Shown here in pieces: positions 1 to 14,630 of a DNA stretch of 64,000 bases. The notes beneath the pieces were generated by a model, which was not told the DNA's origin, did not search any database, and was given only the letters and a program-made list of their open reading frames with translations. The number at the start of each line of letters is the position of its first letter. Position 1 is the stretch's first letter. Source of the stretch: the human T2T-CHM13v2.0 reference genome, Homo sapiens; assembly GCF_009914755.1 (NCBI RefSeq), contig NC_060938.1; one strand, written 5' to 3'. A program made the position numbers and the translations under genes.

Positions 1-1235
1 ACCATTCCATCCCATTCCACTCGGTGTTGATTCAAATCCATGCTATTCCATTCCATTACATTACATTACATTCCACTCGAGTTGATTCAGTTCCATTCTA
101 TTCCCTTCCATTCCATTCCACTCCATTCCCTTCCATTCCATTCCACTCAGGTTAATTTAATTCAATTCTATTCCGTTCCATTCCATTCCATTCCTTTACA
201 CTCAGGTTGATTGAATTCCACACCCTTGTATTTCACTACGTTCCATTCCATTCTATTCAATTCCATTGATTCCATTCGTGTTGATTCCATTCCATTACAT
301 TCCATTACATTCCTTTCCTTTCCATTCCCTTCCATTCCATTCCACTGCACTCCATTCCATTCCATTCCGTTACATTCCATTCCCTTCCATTCCACAAGGT
401 AGTTGATTTAATTCCATTCTATTCCATTCTATTCCATTGTATTCCATTCCAATCCATTCCATTACGTTCTATTCCACTCCATTCCATTCCTTTCCATTCC
501 ATTCCATTCCATTCCATACCACGTGGGTTGATTCAATTCCATTCTATTCCATTGCATTCCATTCCATTCCTTTCCATTCCATTTCATTCCCTTCAATTCC
601 ACTCGGGTTGATTCATTTCCGTTCTATTCTACTCCATTCCATTCCTTTCAATTCCATTCCACTTGGGTTGATCCAATTCCTTTCTATTCCACTCCATTCC
701 ATTAAATTCGATTCCATTCCATTCGATTCCCCTCCATTCCATTCCATTCCACAGGGGTTGATTCAATTCCTATCTGTTACCTTCCAGTCCTTTCCATTCA
801 ATTCCATTCCATTCCATTCTATTCCACTCCATTCATTTCCTTTCCATTCCATTCCATTCCAGTCCATCCCATCCCAATCTGTTCCACTCGGGGTTGATTC
901 AAATCCATTCTATTCCATTCCATTCTATTCCATTCCATTCCATTCTACTCGGGTATATTCAATTGCATTCTGTTGTATTCCATTCCATTCCATTCCATTC
1001 CATTCCATTCCATTCCATTCCACTCCATTCCACTCATGTTAATGCAATTCATTTCTATTCCATTACATTACATTACATTACATTCCACTCCATTCCATTC
1101 GGTTTGATTCCATTCCATTCTATTCAATTACATTCCTTTCCTTTCCATACCATTCCATTCCATTGCATTCCACTTGGGTTTATTCAGTTGCATTCTATTC
1201 CATTCCATTCCATTCCATTCCATTCCATTCCATTC

Positions 1236-2500
1236 CACACGGGTTGATTCAATTCCATTCTATTCCATTACAATCCATTTAACTCCATCCCATTCCATTC
1301 CATTCCGCTCAGATTGATTTGATTCCATTCTAATCCATTCCATTCCATTCCATTCCATTCCGCTCGTGTTCATTGAATTCCATTCTATTCCATTCCATTC
1401 CAATCCATTCCATTCCATTCCATTCCATTCGGGTTGATTCAATTCCATTCTATACCATTCCATTCCATTCCATTCCATTCCATTCCATTTCGTTCAATTC
1501 CGCTCGAGTTGATTCAATTCCATTCTATTCCATTCCATTCCATTCCATTCTACTCTAGTGGGTTCCATTACTTTCCTTTCCATTCGATTCCATTCCATTC
1601 CATTCCATTCCATTCTATTCCATTCCATTCCATTCTACTCTGGTGGTTTCCATTACTTTCCTTTCCGTTCGATTCCATTCCATTCCATTCCATTCCATTC
1701 CTTTCCACTGAATTCCCTTCCTTTCCATTCCACTCCATTTAATTCCACTCGGGATGATTCATTTCCATTGAATTCCACCCCATTCCATTCCTTTCCCCTC
1801 GGCTTGATTCAATTCCATTCTATTCCATTCCATTCCATTCCATTCCATTCCATTCCATTCCACACGGGTTGATTCAATTCCATTCTATTCCATTACAATC
1901 CATTTAACTCCATCCCATTCCATTCCATTCCGCTCAGATTGATTCGATTCCATTCTAATCCATTCCATTCCATTCCATTCCATTCCATTGCATTCCGCTC
2001 GTGTTCATTCAATTCCATTCTATTCCATTCAATTCCATTCCATTCCATTCCATTCTGCTCGTGTTCATTGAATTCCATTCTATTCCATTCCATTCCAATC
2101 CATTCCATTCCATTCCATTCCATTCCATTCCATTCGGGTGGATTCAATTCCATTCTATACCATTCCATTCCATTCCATTCCATTCCATTTCGTTCAATTC
2201 CGCTCGAGTTGATTCAATTCCATTCTATTCCATTCCATTACATTCCATTCTACTCTGGTGGGTTCCATTACTTTCCTTTCCATTCGATTCCATTCCATTC
2301 CATTCCATTCCATTCCATTCCATTCCATTTCATTCCACTGCATTCCCTTCCTTTCCATTCCATTCCATTTAATTCCACTCGGGATGATTCATTTCCATTG
2401 AATTCCACTGCAATCCATTCCTTTCCCCTCGGGTTGATTCAATTCCATTCTACTCCATTCCATTCCATTCCATTCCATTCCATTCCATTACACACGGGTT
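1236..2500 (+). repeat. ~0.63-kb local tandem duplication
   Basis: CACACGGGTTGATTC occurs at 1236, 1861 and 2491 (offsets 625, 630). The first two share the rare continuation CATTACAATCCATTTAACTCCATCCC and CGCTCAGATTG. Confidence 0.75.
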
Positions 2501-5500
2501 GATTCTATTCCATTCTATATCATTGCATTCCATTTAACTCCATTCCATTCCATTCCATTCCATTCCATTCCATCCCATTTCATACCATTCCATTCCATTC
2601 CATTAAATTCCATTCCATTCCATACCATTCCATTCCATTAAACTCGGTTTAAATGAATTCCAGTCTATTCCATTCCAATCAATTCCATTCCATTCCATTC
2701 CACTCGGGTTAGTTGCATTTCATTCCATTCCATTCCATTCCATTCCATTCCATTCCATTGTACTCTGGTATATTCAATTGCATTCTGTTGTATTCCATTC
2801 CATTCCATTCCATTCCATTCCATTCCATTCCACTCCATTCCACTCATGTTAATGCAATTCATTCTTATTCTATTCCATTACATTACATTCCATTCCACTC
2901 CATTCCATTCGGTTTGATTCCATTCCATTCTATTCAATTACATTCCTTTCCTTTCCATACCATTCCATTCCATTGCATTCCACTTGGGTTTATTCAGTTG
3001 CATTCTATTCCATTCCATTCCATTCCATTCCATTCCATTCCATTCCATTCCATTCCACTCGGGTTGATTCCATGCAATTCTATTCCATTCCATTCCATTC
3101 CAATCGAGCAGTTTCAATTCCATTCTATACAACTCCATTCCATTTCATTCCATTCCATTCCATTCCATTCTATTCCACTCTGAGTGACTCAATTCCAATA
3201 TATTCTATTCCATTCCATTCAATTCCATTCCTCTCAGGTTGATTCTATTCCGTTGTTTTCCATTCCATTCCATTCCATTCCACTCGGGTTGATTAAATAC
3301 CATTATATTCCATTCGATTCCATTCCATTCCAATCCATTCCATTCCATTCCATTCCATTCCATTCCATTCCATTCCATTTCATTCCATACCATTCCATTC
3401 CATTCCATACCATTCCATTCCATTCCACTCGGTTTAAATGAATTGCAGTCTTTTCCATTCCATTCCATTCCATTCCATGCCATTCCATTCCATTCCACTC
3501 GGGTTGATTCAATTCCATTCTAATACATTCCATTCCATTCCATTCCATTCCATTCCGGTCGTGTTCATTCAATTCCATTCTATTCCATTCCATTCCATTC
3601 CATTCCATTCCATTCGGGTTGATTCAATTCCATTCTATACCATTCCATTCCATTCCATTCCATTTCGTTCAATTCCGCTCGATTTGACTCAATTCCATTC
3701 TATGCCATTCCATTCCATTCCATTCTACTCTGGTGGGTTTCATTACTTTCCTTTCCATTCGATTCCATTCCATTCCATTCCATTCCATTCCATTCCATTC
3801 CATTCCATTCTACTCTGGAGGTTTCCATTACTTTCCTTTCCATTCGATTCCATTCCATTCCATTCCATTCCATTCCATTCCACTGAATTCCCTTCCTTTC
3901 CATTCCATTCCATTTAATTCCACTCGGGATGATTCATTTCCATTGAATTCCATTCCATTCCATTCCTTTCCCCTCGGGTTGATTCAATTCCATTCTACTC
4001 CATTCCATTCCATTCCATTCCATTCCATTCCATTCCATTCCATTCCATTCCATTACACACGGGTTGATTCAATTTCATTCTATTCCATTACATTCCATTT
4101 AACTCCATCCCATTCCATTCCATTCCGTTCGGATTGATTAAATTCCATTCTAATCCATTCCATTCCATTCCATTCCATTCCATTCCATTCCACTCCGCTC
4201 GTGTTCATTCAATTCCATTCTATTCCATTCCATTCCATTCCATTCCATTCCATTCCATTCCATTCCGCTCGTGTTCATTCAATTCCATTCTATTCCATTC
4301 CATTCCAATCCATTCCATTCCATTCCATTCCATTCCATTCCATTCCATTCGGGTTGAATCAATTCCATTCTATACCATTCCATTCCATTCCATTCCATTC
4401 CATTTCGTTCAATTCCGCTCGAGTTGATTCAATTCCATTCTATTCCATTCCATTCCATTCCATTCTACTCTGGTGGGTTCCACTACTTTCCTTTCCATTC
4501 GATTCCATTCCATTCCATTCGGTTCCATTCCATTCCATTCCATTCCATTCCATTTCATTCCACTGCATTCCCTTCCTTTCCATTCCATTCCATTTAATTC
4601 CACTCGGGATGATTCATTTACATTGAATTCCACTGCATTCCTATCCTTTCCCCTCGGGTTGATTCAATTCCATTCTACTCCATTCCATTCCATTCCATTC
4701 CATTCCATTCCATTACACACGGGTTGATTCAATTCCATTCTATATCACTGCATTCCATTTAACTCCATTCCATTCCATTCCATTCCATTCCATCCCATTC
4801 CATACCATTCCATTCCATTCCATTAAATTCCATTCCATTCCATACCATTCCATTCCATTAAACTCGGTTTAAATGAATTCCAGTCTATTCCATTCCAATC
4901 AATTCCATTCCATTCCATTCCACTCGGGTTAGTTGCATTTCATTCCATTCCATTCCATTCCATTCCATTATATTCCATTCCACTCGGGTTGATTCAATTC
5001 CATTCTATTCCATTCCATTCAATTACATTCCATTCCATTCCATTCCATACCATTCCATCCCATTCCACTTGGTGTTGATTCAAATCCATGCTATTCCATT
5101 CCATTACATTACATTACATTCCACTCGAGTTGATTCAATTCCATTCTATTCCCTTCCATTCCACTCCACTCCATTCCCTTCCATTCCATTCCACTCAGGT
5201 TAATTTAATTCAATTGTATTCCGTTCCATTCCATTCCATTCCTTTACACTCGGGTTGATTCAATTCCACTCCCTTGCATTTCACTACGTTCCATTCCATT
5301 CCATTCAATTCCATTGATTCCATTCGTGTTGATTCCATTCCATTACATTCCATTACATTCCTTTCCTTTCCATTCCCTTCCATTCTATTCCACTGCACTC
5401 CATTCCATTCCATTCCGTTAAATTCCATTCCCTTCCATTCCACAAGGGAGTTGATTTAATTCCATTCTATTCCATTCTATTCCATTGTATTCCATTCCAT

Positions 5501-6510
5501 TCCATTCCGTTCCGTTCTATTCCACTCCATTCCATTCCTTTCCATTCCATTCCATTCCATTCCATACCACGTGGGTTGATTCAATTCCATTCTATTCCAT
5601 TGCATTCCATTGCATTCCATTCCATTCCATTTCATTCCCTTCAATTCCACTCAGGTTGACTCAATTCCATTCTATTCTACTCCATTCCATTCCTTTCAAT
5701 TCCATTCCACTTGGGTTGATTCAATTCCTTTCTATTCCACTCCATTCCATTAAATTCGATTCCATTCCATTCGATTCCCCTCTATTCCATTCCATTCCAC
5801 AGGGGTTGATTCAATTCCTATCTGTTCCATTCCAGTCCTTTCCATTCAATTCCATTCCATTCCATTCCATTCCACTCCATTCATTTCCTTTCCATTCCAT
5901 TCCATTCCATTCCATTCCATCCCATCCCATTCTGTTCCACTCGGGGTTGATTCAAATCCATTCTATTCCATTCCATTCTATTCCATTCCATTCCATTCTA
6001 CTCAGGTATATTCAATTGCATTCTGTTGTATCCCATTCCATTCCATTCCATTCCATTCCAATCCACTCCATTCCACTCATGTTAATGCAATTCATTTCTA
6101 TTCCATTCCATTCCATTACATTACATTCCACTCCATTCCATTCGGTTTGATTCCATTCCATTCTATTCAATTACATTCCTTTCCTTTCCATACCATTCCA
6201 TTCCATTGCATTCCACTTGGGTTTATTCAGTTGCATTCTATGCCATTCCATTCCATTCCATTCCATTCCGTTCCATTCCATTCCATTCCGTTCCACTCAT
6301 GTTAATGCAATTCATTTCTATTCCATTCCATTACATTACATTACATTCCACTCCATTCCATTCGGTTTGATTCCATTCCATTCTATTCAATTACATTCCT
6401 TTCCTTTCCATACCATTCCATTCCATTGCATTCCCCTTGGGTTTATTCAGTTGCATTCTCTTCCATTCCATTCCATTCCATTCCATTCGATTCCATTCCA
6501 TTCCATTCCA

Positions 6511-8525
6511 CTCGGGTTGATTCCATTCAATTCTATTCCATTCCATTCCATTCCAATCGAGCAGTTTCAATTCCATTCTATACCACTCCATTCCATTTCA
6601 TTCAATTCCATTCCATTCCATTCTATTCCACTCTGGGTGACTCAATTCCATTATATTCTATTCCATTCCATTCAATTCCACTCCTCTCAGGTTGATTCGA
6701 TTCAGTTGTTTTCCATTCCATTCCTTTCCATTCCATTCCATTCCACTCGGGTTGATTAAATACCATTATATTCCATTCGATTCCAATCCATTCCATTCCA
6801 TTCCATTCCATTCCATTCCATTCCATGCCATTCCATTCCATTCCACTCGGGTTGATTCAATTACATTATAATACATTCCATTCCATTCCATTCCATTCCG
6901 CTGGTGTTCATTCAATTCCATTCCATTCCATTCCATTCCATTCCATTCCATTCCATTCCATTCGGGTTGATTCAATTCCATTCTATACCATTCCATTCCA
7001 TTCCATTCCATTCCATTTCGTTCAATTGTGCTCGAGTTGATTCAATTCCATTCTATTCCATTCCATTACATTCCATTCTACTCTGGTGGGTTCCATTACA
7101 TTCCTTTCCATTCGATTCCATTCCCTTCCATTCTATTCCATTCCATTCCATTCCATTCCATTCTACTCTGGTGGGTTCCATTACTTTCCTTTCCATTCGA
7201 TTCCATTCGATTCCATTCCATTCCATTCCATTCCTTTCCATTCCATTCCATTCGATTCCATTCCTTTCCATTCTATTCCATTCCATTCCATTACATTACA
7301 TTCCATACCATTCCATTGCATTACATACCATTCCATTCCATTCCACTCGGTTTAAATGAATGCCAGTCTATTCCATTCCATTCCATTCCTTTCCATGCAA
7401 TTCCATTCCATTCCACTCAGGTTGATTCAATTCCATTCTAATACATTCCATTCCATTCCATTCCATTCCATTCCGCTCGTGTTCATTCTCTTCCATTCCA
7501 TTCCATTCCATTCCATTCCATTCCATTCCATTCCACTCGGGTTGATTCCATTCAATTCTATTCCATTCCATTCCATTCCAATCGAGCAGTTTCAATTCCA
7601 TTCTATATCACTCCATTCCATTTCATTCAATTCCATTCCATTCCATTCTATTCCACTCTGGGTGACTCAATTCCATTATATTCTATTCCATTCCATTCAA
7701 TTCCACTCCTCTCAGGTTGATTCGATTCCGTTGTTTTCCATTCCATTCCTTTCCATTCCATTCCATTCCACTCGGGTTGATTAAATACCATTATATTCCA
7801 TTCGATTCCAATCCATTCCATTCCATTCCATTCCATTCCATTCCATTCCATGCCATTCCATTCCATTCCACTCGGGTTGATTCAATTCCATTATAATACA
7901 TTCCATTCCATTCCATTCCATTCCGCTGGTGTTCATTCAATTCCATTCCATTCCATTCCATTCCATTCCATTCCATTCCATTCCATTCCATTCCATTCGG
8001 GTTGATTCAATTCCATTCTATACCATTCCATTCCATTCCATTCCATTCCATTTCGTTCAATTGTGCTCGAGTTGATTCAATTCCATTCTATTCCATTCCA
8101 TTACATTCCATTCTACTCTGGTGGGTTCCATTACATTCCTTTCCATTCGATTCCATTCCCTTCCATTCTATTCCATTCCATTCCATTCCATTCCATTCTT
8201 CTCTGGTGGGTTCCATTACTTTCCTTTCCATTCGATTCCATTCGATTCCATTCCATTCCATTCCATTCCTTTCCATTCCATTCCATTCGATTCCATTCCT
8301 TTCCATTCTATTCCATTCCATTCCATTACATTACATTCCATACCATTCCATTGCATTACATACCATTCCACTCCATTCCACTCGGTTTAAATGAATGCCA
8401 GTCTATTCCATTCCATTCCATTCCTTTCCATGCAATTCCATTCCATTCCACTCGGGTTGATTCAATTCCATTCTAATACATTCCATTCCATTCCATTCCA
8501 TTCCATTCCGCTCGTGTTCATTCAA
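6511..8525 (+). repeat. ~1.03-kb tandem duplication (6511-7535 and 7536-~8525)
   Basis: The identical ORF translations 6623..6841 and 7648..7866 are offset by 1025, and the near-identical 7053..7286 and 8088..8321 by 1035. Both copies share the rare k-mers CCGCTGGTGTTC, CAATTGTGCTCGAG and AAATGAATGCCAG. Confidence 0.85.
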
Positions 8526-11500
8526 TTCCATTCTATTCCATTCCATTCCATTCCATTCCATTCTACTCGGGTGGATTCCATTACTTTCATTTCCATTCGA
8601 TTCCATTCCATTCCATTCCACTCAATTCCCTTCCATTCGTTCCATTCCAATGAAACCCACTCGGGTTGATTCCATTCCATTCCATTCCATTCCATTCCAT
8701 TCCATTCCATTCCATTCCATTCCTTTCCACTCGTGTTGATTCAATTCCATTCTATTCCATACCATTCCATTCCAATCGATTACATTCCACACAGGTTGAT
8801 TCAATTCCGTTCTATTCCATTGCATTCCATTTACCTCCATTGCATTCCATTCCATTCTGTTCAATTCCATTCCACTAGGGTTCATTCCATTCATTTCTAT
8901 TGCATTCCATTCCATTCCATTCCATTCAATTCCACTCCGGTTGACTCAATTCCATTATATTGAATTCCATTCCATTCCATTCCATTCCATTCAATTCCTC
9001 TCGGGTTGAGTCGATTCCATTCTGTTCCATTCCATTCCATTCCATTCCATTCCATTCCGATCCACTCGGGTTGATTAAATACCATTATATTCCATTCCAT
9101 TCCATTCCATTCCATTCCATTCCATTCCATTCCGTTCCATCCCATTCGGGTTGATTCTATTCCATTCTATACCATTCCATTCCATTCCATTCCATTCCAT
9201 TTCGTTCAATTCCGCTCGAGTTGATTCAATTCCATTCTATTCCATTCCATTCCATTCCATTCTCCTCTGGTGGGTTCCATTACTTTCCTTTCCATTCGAT
9301 TCCATTCCATTCCATTCAATTCCATTCTATTCCATTCCATTCCATTCCATTCTACTCTGGTGGGTTCCATTACTTTCCTTTCCATTCGATTCCATTCCAT
9401 TCCATTCCATTCCTTTCCATTCCATTCCATTCCATTCCACTGAATTCCCTTCCTTTCCATTCCATTATGTTTAATTCCACTCGGGATGATTCATTTCCAT
9501 TGAATTCCATTCCATTCCATTCCTTTCCCCTCGGGTTGATTCAATTCCATTCTACTCCATTCCATTCCATTCCATTCCATTCCATTCCATTCCATTCCAT
9601 TCCATTCTATTCCACTCTGGGTGACACAATTCCATTATATTCTATTCCATTCCATTCAATTCCATTCCTCTCAGGTTGATTCGATTTCGTTGTTTTCCAT
9701 TCCATTCCATTCCATTCCATTCCACTCGGGTTGATTAAATACCATTATATTCCATTCGATTCGATTCGATTCGATTCCATTCCATTCCATTCCATTCCAT
9801 TCCATTCTATTCCACTCTGGGAGACTCAATTCCATTATATTCTATTCCATTCCATTCAATTCCATTCCTCTCAGGTTGATTCGATTCCGTTGTTTTCCAT
9901 TCCATTCCATTCCACTCGGGTTGATTAAATACCATTATATTCCATTCGATTCCATTCCATTCCATTCCATTCCATTCCATTCCATTCCATTCCAATCCAT
10001 TCCATACCATTCCATTCCATTCCATACCATTCCATTCCATTCCACTCGGTTTAAATGAATTCCAGTCTATTCTATTCCATTCCATTCCATTCCATTCCAT
10101 TCCATTCCATTCCACTCCATTCCACTCATGTTAATGCAATTCATTTCTATTCCATTCCATTCCATTCCATTCCACTCCATTCCATTCGGTTTGATTCCAT
10201 TCCATTCTATTCAATTACATTCCTTTCCTTTCCATACCATTCCATTCCATTGCATTCCCCTTGGGTTTATTCAGTTGCATTCTCTTCCATTCCATTCCAT
10301 TCCATTCCATTCGATTCCATTCCATTCCATTCCACTCGGGTTGATTCCATTCAATTCTATTCCATTCCATTCCATTCCAATCGAGCAGTTTCAATTCCAT
10401 TCTATACCACTCCATTCCATTTCATTCAATTCCATTCCATTCCATTCTATTCCACTCTGGGTGACTCAATTCCATTATATTCTATTCCATTCCATTCAAT
10501 TCCACTCCTCTCAGGTTGATTCGATTCCGTTGTTTTCCATTCCATTCCTTTCCATTCCATTCCATTCCACTCGGGTTGATTAAATACCATTATATTCCAT
10601 TCGATTCCATTCCATTCCATTCCATTCCATTCCATTCCATTCCATGCCATTCCATTCCATTCCACTCGGGTTGATTCAATTCCATTATAATACATTCCAT
10701 TCCATTCCATTCCATTCCGCTGGTGTTCATTCCATTCCATTCCATTCCATTCCATTCCATTCCATTCCATTCGGGTTGATTCAATTCCATTCTATACCAT
10801 TCCATTCCATTCCACTCCATTCCATTCCATTTCGTTCAATTGTGCTCGAGTTGATTCAATTCCATTCTATTCCATTCCATTACATTCCATTCTACTCTGG
10901 TGGGTTCCATTACATTCCTTTCCATTCGATTCCATTCCCTTCCATTCTATTCCATTCCATTCCATTCCATTCCATTCTACTCTGGTGGGTTCCATTACTT
11001 TCCTTTCCATTCGATTCCATTCGATTCCATTCCATTCCATTCCATTCCTTTCCATTCCATTCCATTCGATTCCATTCCTTTCCATTCTATTCCATTCCAT
11101 TCCATTACATTACATTCCATACCATTCCATTGCATTACATACCATTCCATTCCATTCCACTCGGTTTAAATGAATGCCAGTCTATTCCATTCCATTCCAT
11201 TCCTTTCCATGCAATTCCATTCCATTCCACTCGGGTTGATTCAGTTCCATTCTAATACATTCCATTCCATTCCATTCCATTCCATTCCGCTCGTGTTCAT
11301 TCAATTCCATTCTATTCCATTCCATTCCATTCCATTCTACTCGGGTGGATTCCATTACTTTCATTTCCATTCGATGCCATTCCATTCCATTCCACTCAAT
11401 TCCCTTCCATTCGTTCCATTCCAATGAAACCCACTCGGGTTGATTCCATTCCATTCCATTCCATTCCATTCCATTCCATTCCATTCCATTCCATTCCTTT

Positions 11501-14500
11501 CCACTCGGGTTGATTCAATTCCATTCTATTCCATTCCATTCCATTCCAATCGATTCCATTCCACACAGGTTGATTCAATTCCGTTCTATTCCATTGCATT
11601 CCATTTACCTCCGTTGCATTCCATTCCATTCTGTTCAATTCCATTCCACTAGGGTTGATTCCATTCATTTCTATTCCATTCCATTCCATTCCATTCCATT
11701 CAATTCCACTCCGGTTGACTCAATTCCATTATATTGAATTCCATTCCATTCCATTCCATTCCATTCAATTCCTCTCGGGTTGAGTCGATTCCATTCTGTT
11801 CCATTCCATTCCATTCCATTCCATTCCGATCCACTCGGGTTGATTAAATACCATTATATTCCATTCCATTCCATTCTATTCCATTCCATTCCATTCCGTT
11901 CCATCCCATTCGGGTTGATTCAATTCCATTCTATACCATTCCATTCCATTCCATTCCATTCCATTTCGTTCAATTCCGCTCGAGTTGATTCAATTCCATT
12001 CTATTCCATTCCATTCCATTCCATTCTCCTCTGGTGGGTTCCATTACTTTCCTTTCCATTCGATTCCATTCCATTCCATTCAATTCCATTCTATTCCATT
12101 CCATTTCTTTGCATTCTACTCTGGTGGGTTCCATTACTTTCCTTTCCATTCGATTCCATTCCATTCCATTCCATTCCTTTCCATTCCATTCCATTCCATT
12201 CCACTGAATTCCCTTCCTTTCCATTCCATTATGTTTAATTCCACTCGGGATGATTCATTTCCATTGAATTCCATTCCATTCCATTCCTTTCCCCTCGGGT
12301 TGATTCAAATCCATTCTACTCCATTCCATTCCATTCCATTCCATTCCATTCCATTCCATTCCATTCCATTCCATTCTATTCCACTCTGGGTGACACAATT
12401 CCATTATATTCTACTCCATTCCATTCAATTCCATTCCTCTCAGGTTGATTCGATTTCGTTGTTTTCCGTTCCATTCCATTCCATTCCATTCCACTTGGGT
12501 TGATTAAATACCATTATATTCCATTCGATTCAATTCGATTCCATTCCATTCCATTCCATTCCATTCCATTCTATTCCACTCTGGGTGACTCAATTCCATT
12601 ATATTCTATTCCATTCCATTCAATTCCATTCCTCTCAGGTTGATTCGATTCCGTTGTTTTCCATTCCATTCCATTCCACTCGGGTTGATTAAATACCATT
12701 ATATTCCATTCGATTCCATTCCATTCCATTCCATTCCATTCCATTCCATTCCATACCATTCCATTCCATTCCATACCATTCCATTCCATTCCACTCGGTT
12801 TAAATGAATTCCAGTCTATTCTATTCCATTCCATTCCATTCCATTCCATTCCACTCCATTCCACTCATGTTAATGCAATTCATTTCTATTCCATTCCATT
12901 CCATTCCATTCCATTCCACTCCATTCCATTCGGTTTGATTCCATTCCATTCTATTCAATTACATTCCTTTCCTTTCCATACCATTCCATTCCATTGCATT
13001 CCCCTTGGGTTTATTCAGTTGCATTCTCTTCCATTCCATTCCATTCCATTCCATTCGATTCCATTCCATTCCATTCCACTCGGGTTGATTCCATTCAATT
13101 CTATTCCATTCCATTCCATTCCAATCGAGCAGTTTCAATTCCATTCTATACCACTCCATTCCATTTCATTCAATTCCATTCCATTCCATTCTATTCCAAT
13201 ATGGGTGACTCAATTCCATTATATTCTATTCCATTCCATTCAATTCCACTCCTCTCTGGTTGATACGATTCCGTTGTTTTCCATTCCATTCCTTTCCATT
13301 CCATTCCATTCCACTCGGGTTGATTAAATACCATTATATTCCATTCGATTCCATTCCATTCCATTCCATTCCATTCCATTCCATTCCATGCCATTCCATT
13401 CCATTCCACTCGGGTTGATTCAATTCCATTATAATACATTCCATTCCATTCCATTCCATTCCGCTGGTGTTCATTCAATTCCATTCCATTCCATTCCATT
13501 CCATTCCATTCCATTCCATTCCATTCGGGTTGATTCAATTCCATTCTATACCATTCCATTCCATTCCATTCCATTCCATTTCGTTCAATTGTGCTCGAGT
13601 TGATTCAATTCCATTCTATTCCATTCCATTACATTCCATTCTACTCTGGTGGGTTCCATTACATTCCTTTCCATTCGATTCCATTCCCTTCCATTCTATT
13701 CCATTCCATTCCATTCCATTCCATTCTACTCTGGTGGGTTCCATTACTTTCCTTTCCATTCGATTCCATTCGATTCCATTCCATTCCATTCCATTCCTTT
13801 CCATTCCATTCCATTCGATTCCATTCCTTTCCATTCTATTCCATTCCACTACATTACATTACATTCCATACCATTCCATTGCATTCCATACCATTCCATT
13901 CCATTCCACTCGGTTTAAATGGATGCAGGTCTATTCCATTCCAATCCATTCCTTTCCATTCAATTCCATTCCATTCCACTCGGGTTGATTCAATTCCATT
14001 CTAATACATTCCATTCCATTCCATTCCATTCCATTCCGCTCGTGTTCATTCAATTCCATTCTATTCCATTCCATTCCATTCCATTCTACTCGGGTGGATT
14101 CCATTACTTTCATTTCCATTCGATGCCATTCCATTCCATTCCACTCAATTCCCTTCCATTCGTTCCATTCCAATGAAACCCACTCGGGTTGATTCCATTC
14201 CATTCCATTCCATTCCATTCCATTCCATTCCATTCCATTCCATTCCATTCCTTTCCACTCGGGTTGATTCAATTCCATTCTATTCCATTCCATTCCATTC
14301 CAATCGATTCCATTCCACACGGGTTGATTCAATTCCGTTCTATTCCATTGCATTCCATTTAACTCCATTGCATTCCATTCCATTCCATTTGATTCCATTC
14401 CACTAGGGTTGATTCCATTCATTTCTATTCCATTCCATTCCATTCCATTCCATTCAATTCCACTCCGGTTGACTCAATTCCATTATATTGAATTCCATTC

Positions 14501-14630
14501 CATTCCATTCCATTCCATTCCATTCAATTCCTCTCGGGTTGAGTCGATTCCATTCTGTTCCATTCCATTCCATTCCATTCCATTCCATTCCATTCCATTC
14601 CGATCCACTCAGGTTGATTAAATACCATTA
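7536..14630 (+). repeat. ~2.76-kb tandem repeat, about 2.5 copies (starts 7536, 10335, 13079)
   Basis: The 1-bp-deletion marker CCCTTCCATTCGTTCCATTCCAATGAAACCC occurs at ~8630, ~11400 and ~14150 (offsets 2774, 2749). Identical or near-identical ORFs lie at 10215/12959, 10867/13616 and 9206/11970. Confidence 0.85.

Noticed and set aside
208-218. Near-match to the DUX4 motif (TGATTGAATTC vs TGATTRRRTTA) and related TGATTAAAT/TGATTCAAT homeodomain-like words
   Set aside because: The matches are imperfect at conserved positions and arise automatically from the module consensus. There is no independent support.
13931-14443. Minus-strand (MEWNG)n ORFs
   Set aside because: GGAAT repeats supply an ATG every 5 bp. 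These peptides are typical spurious translations of satellite III, and there is no evidence of coding constraint.
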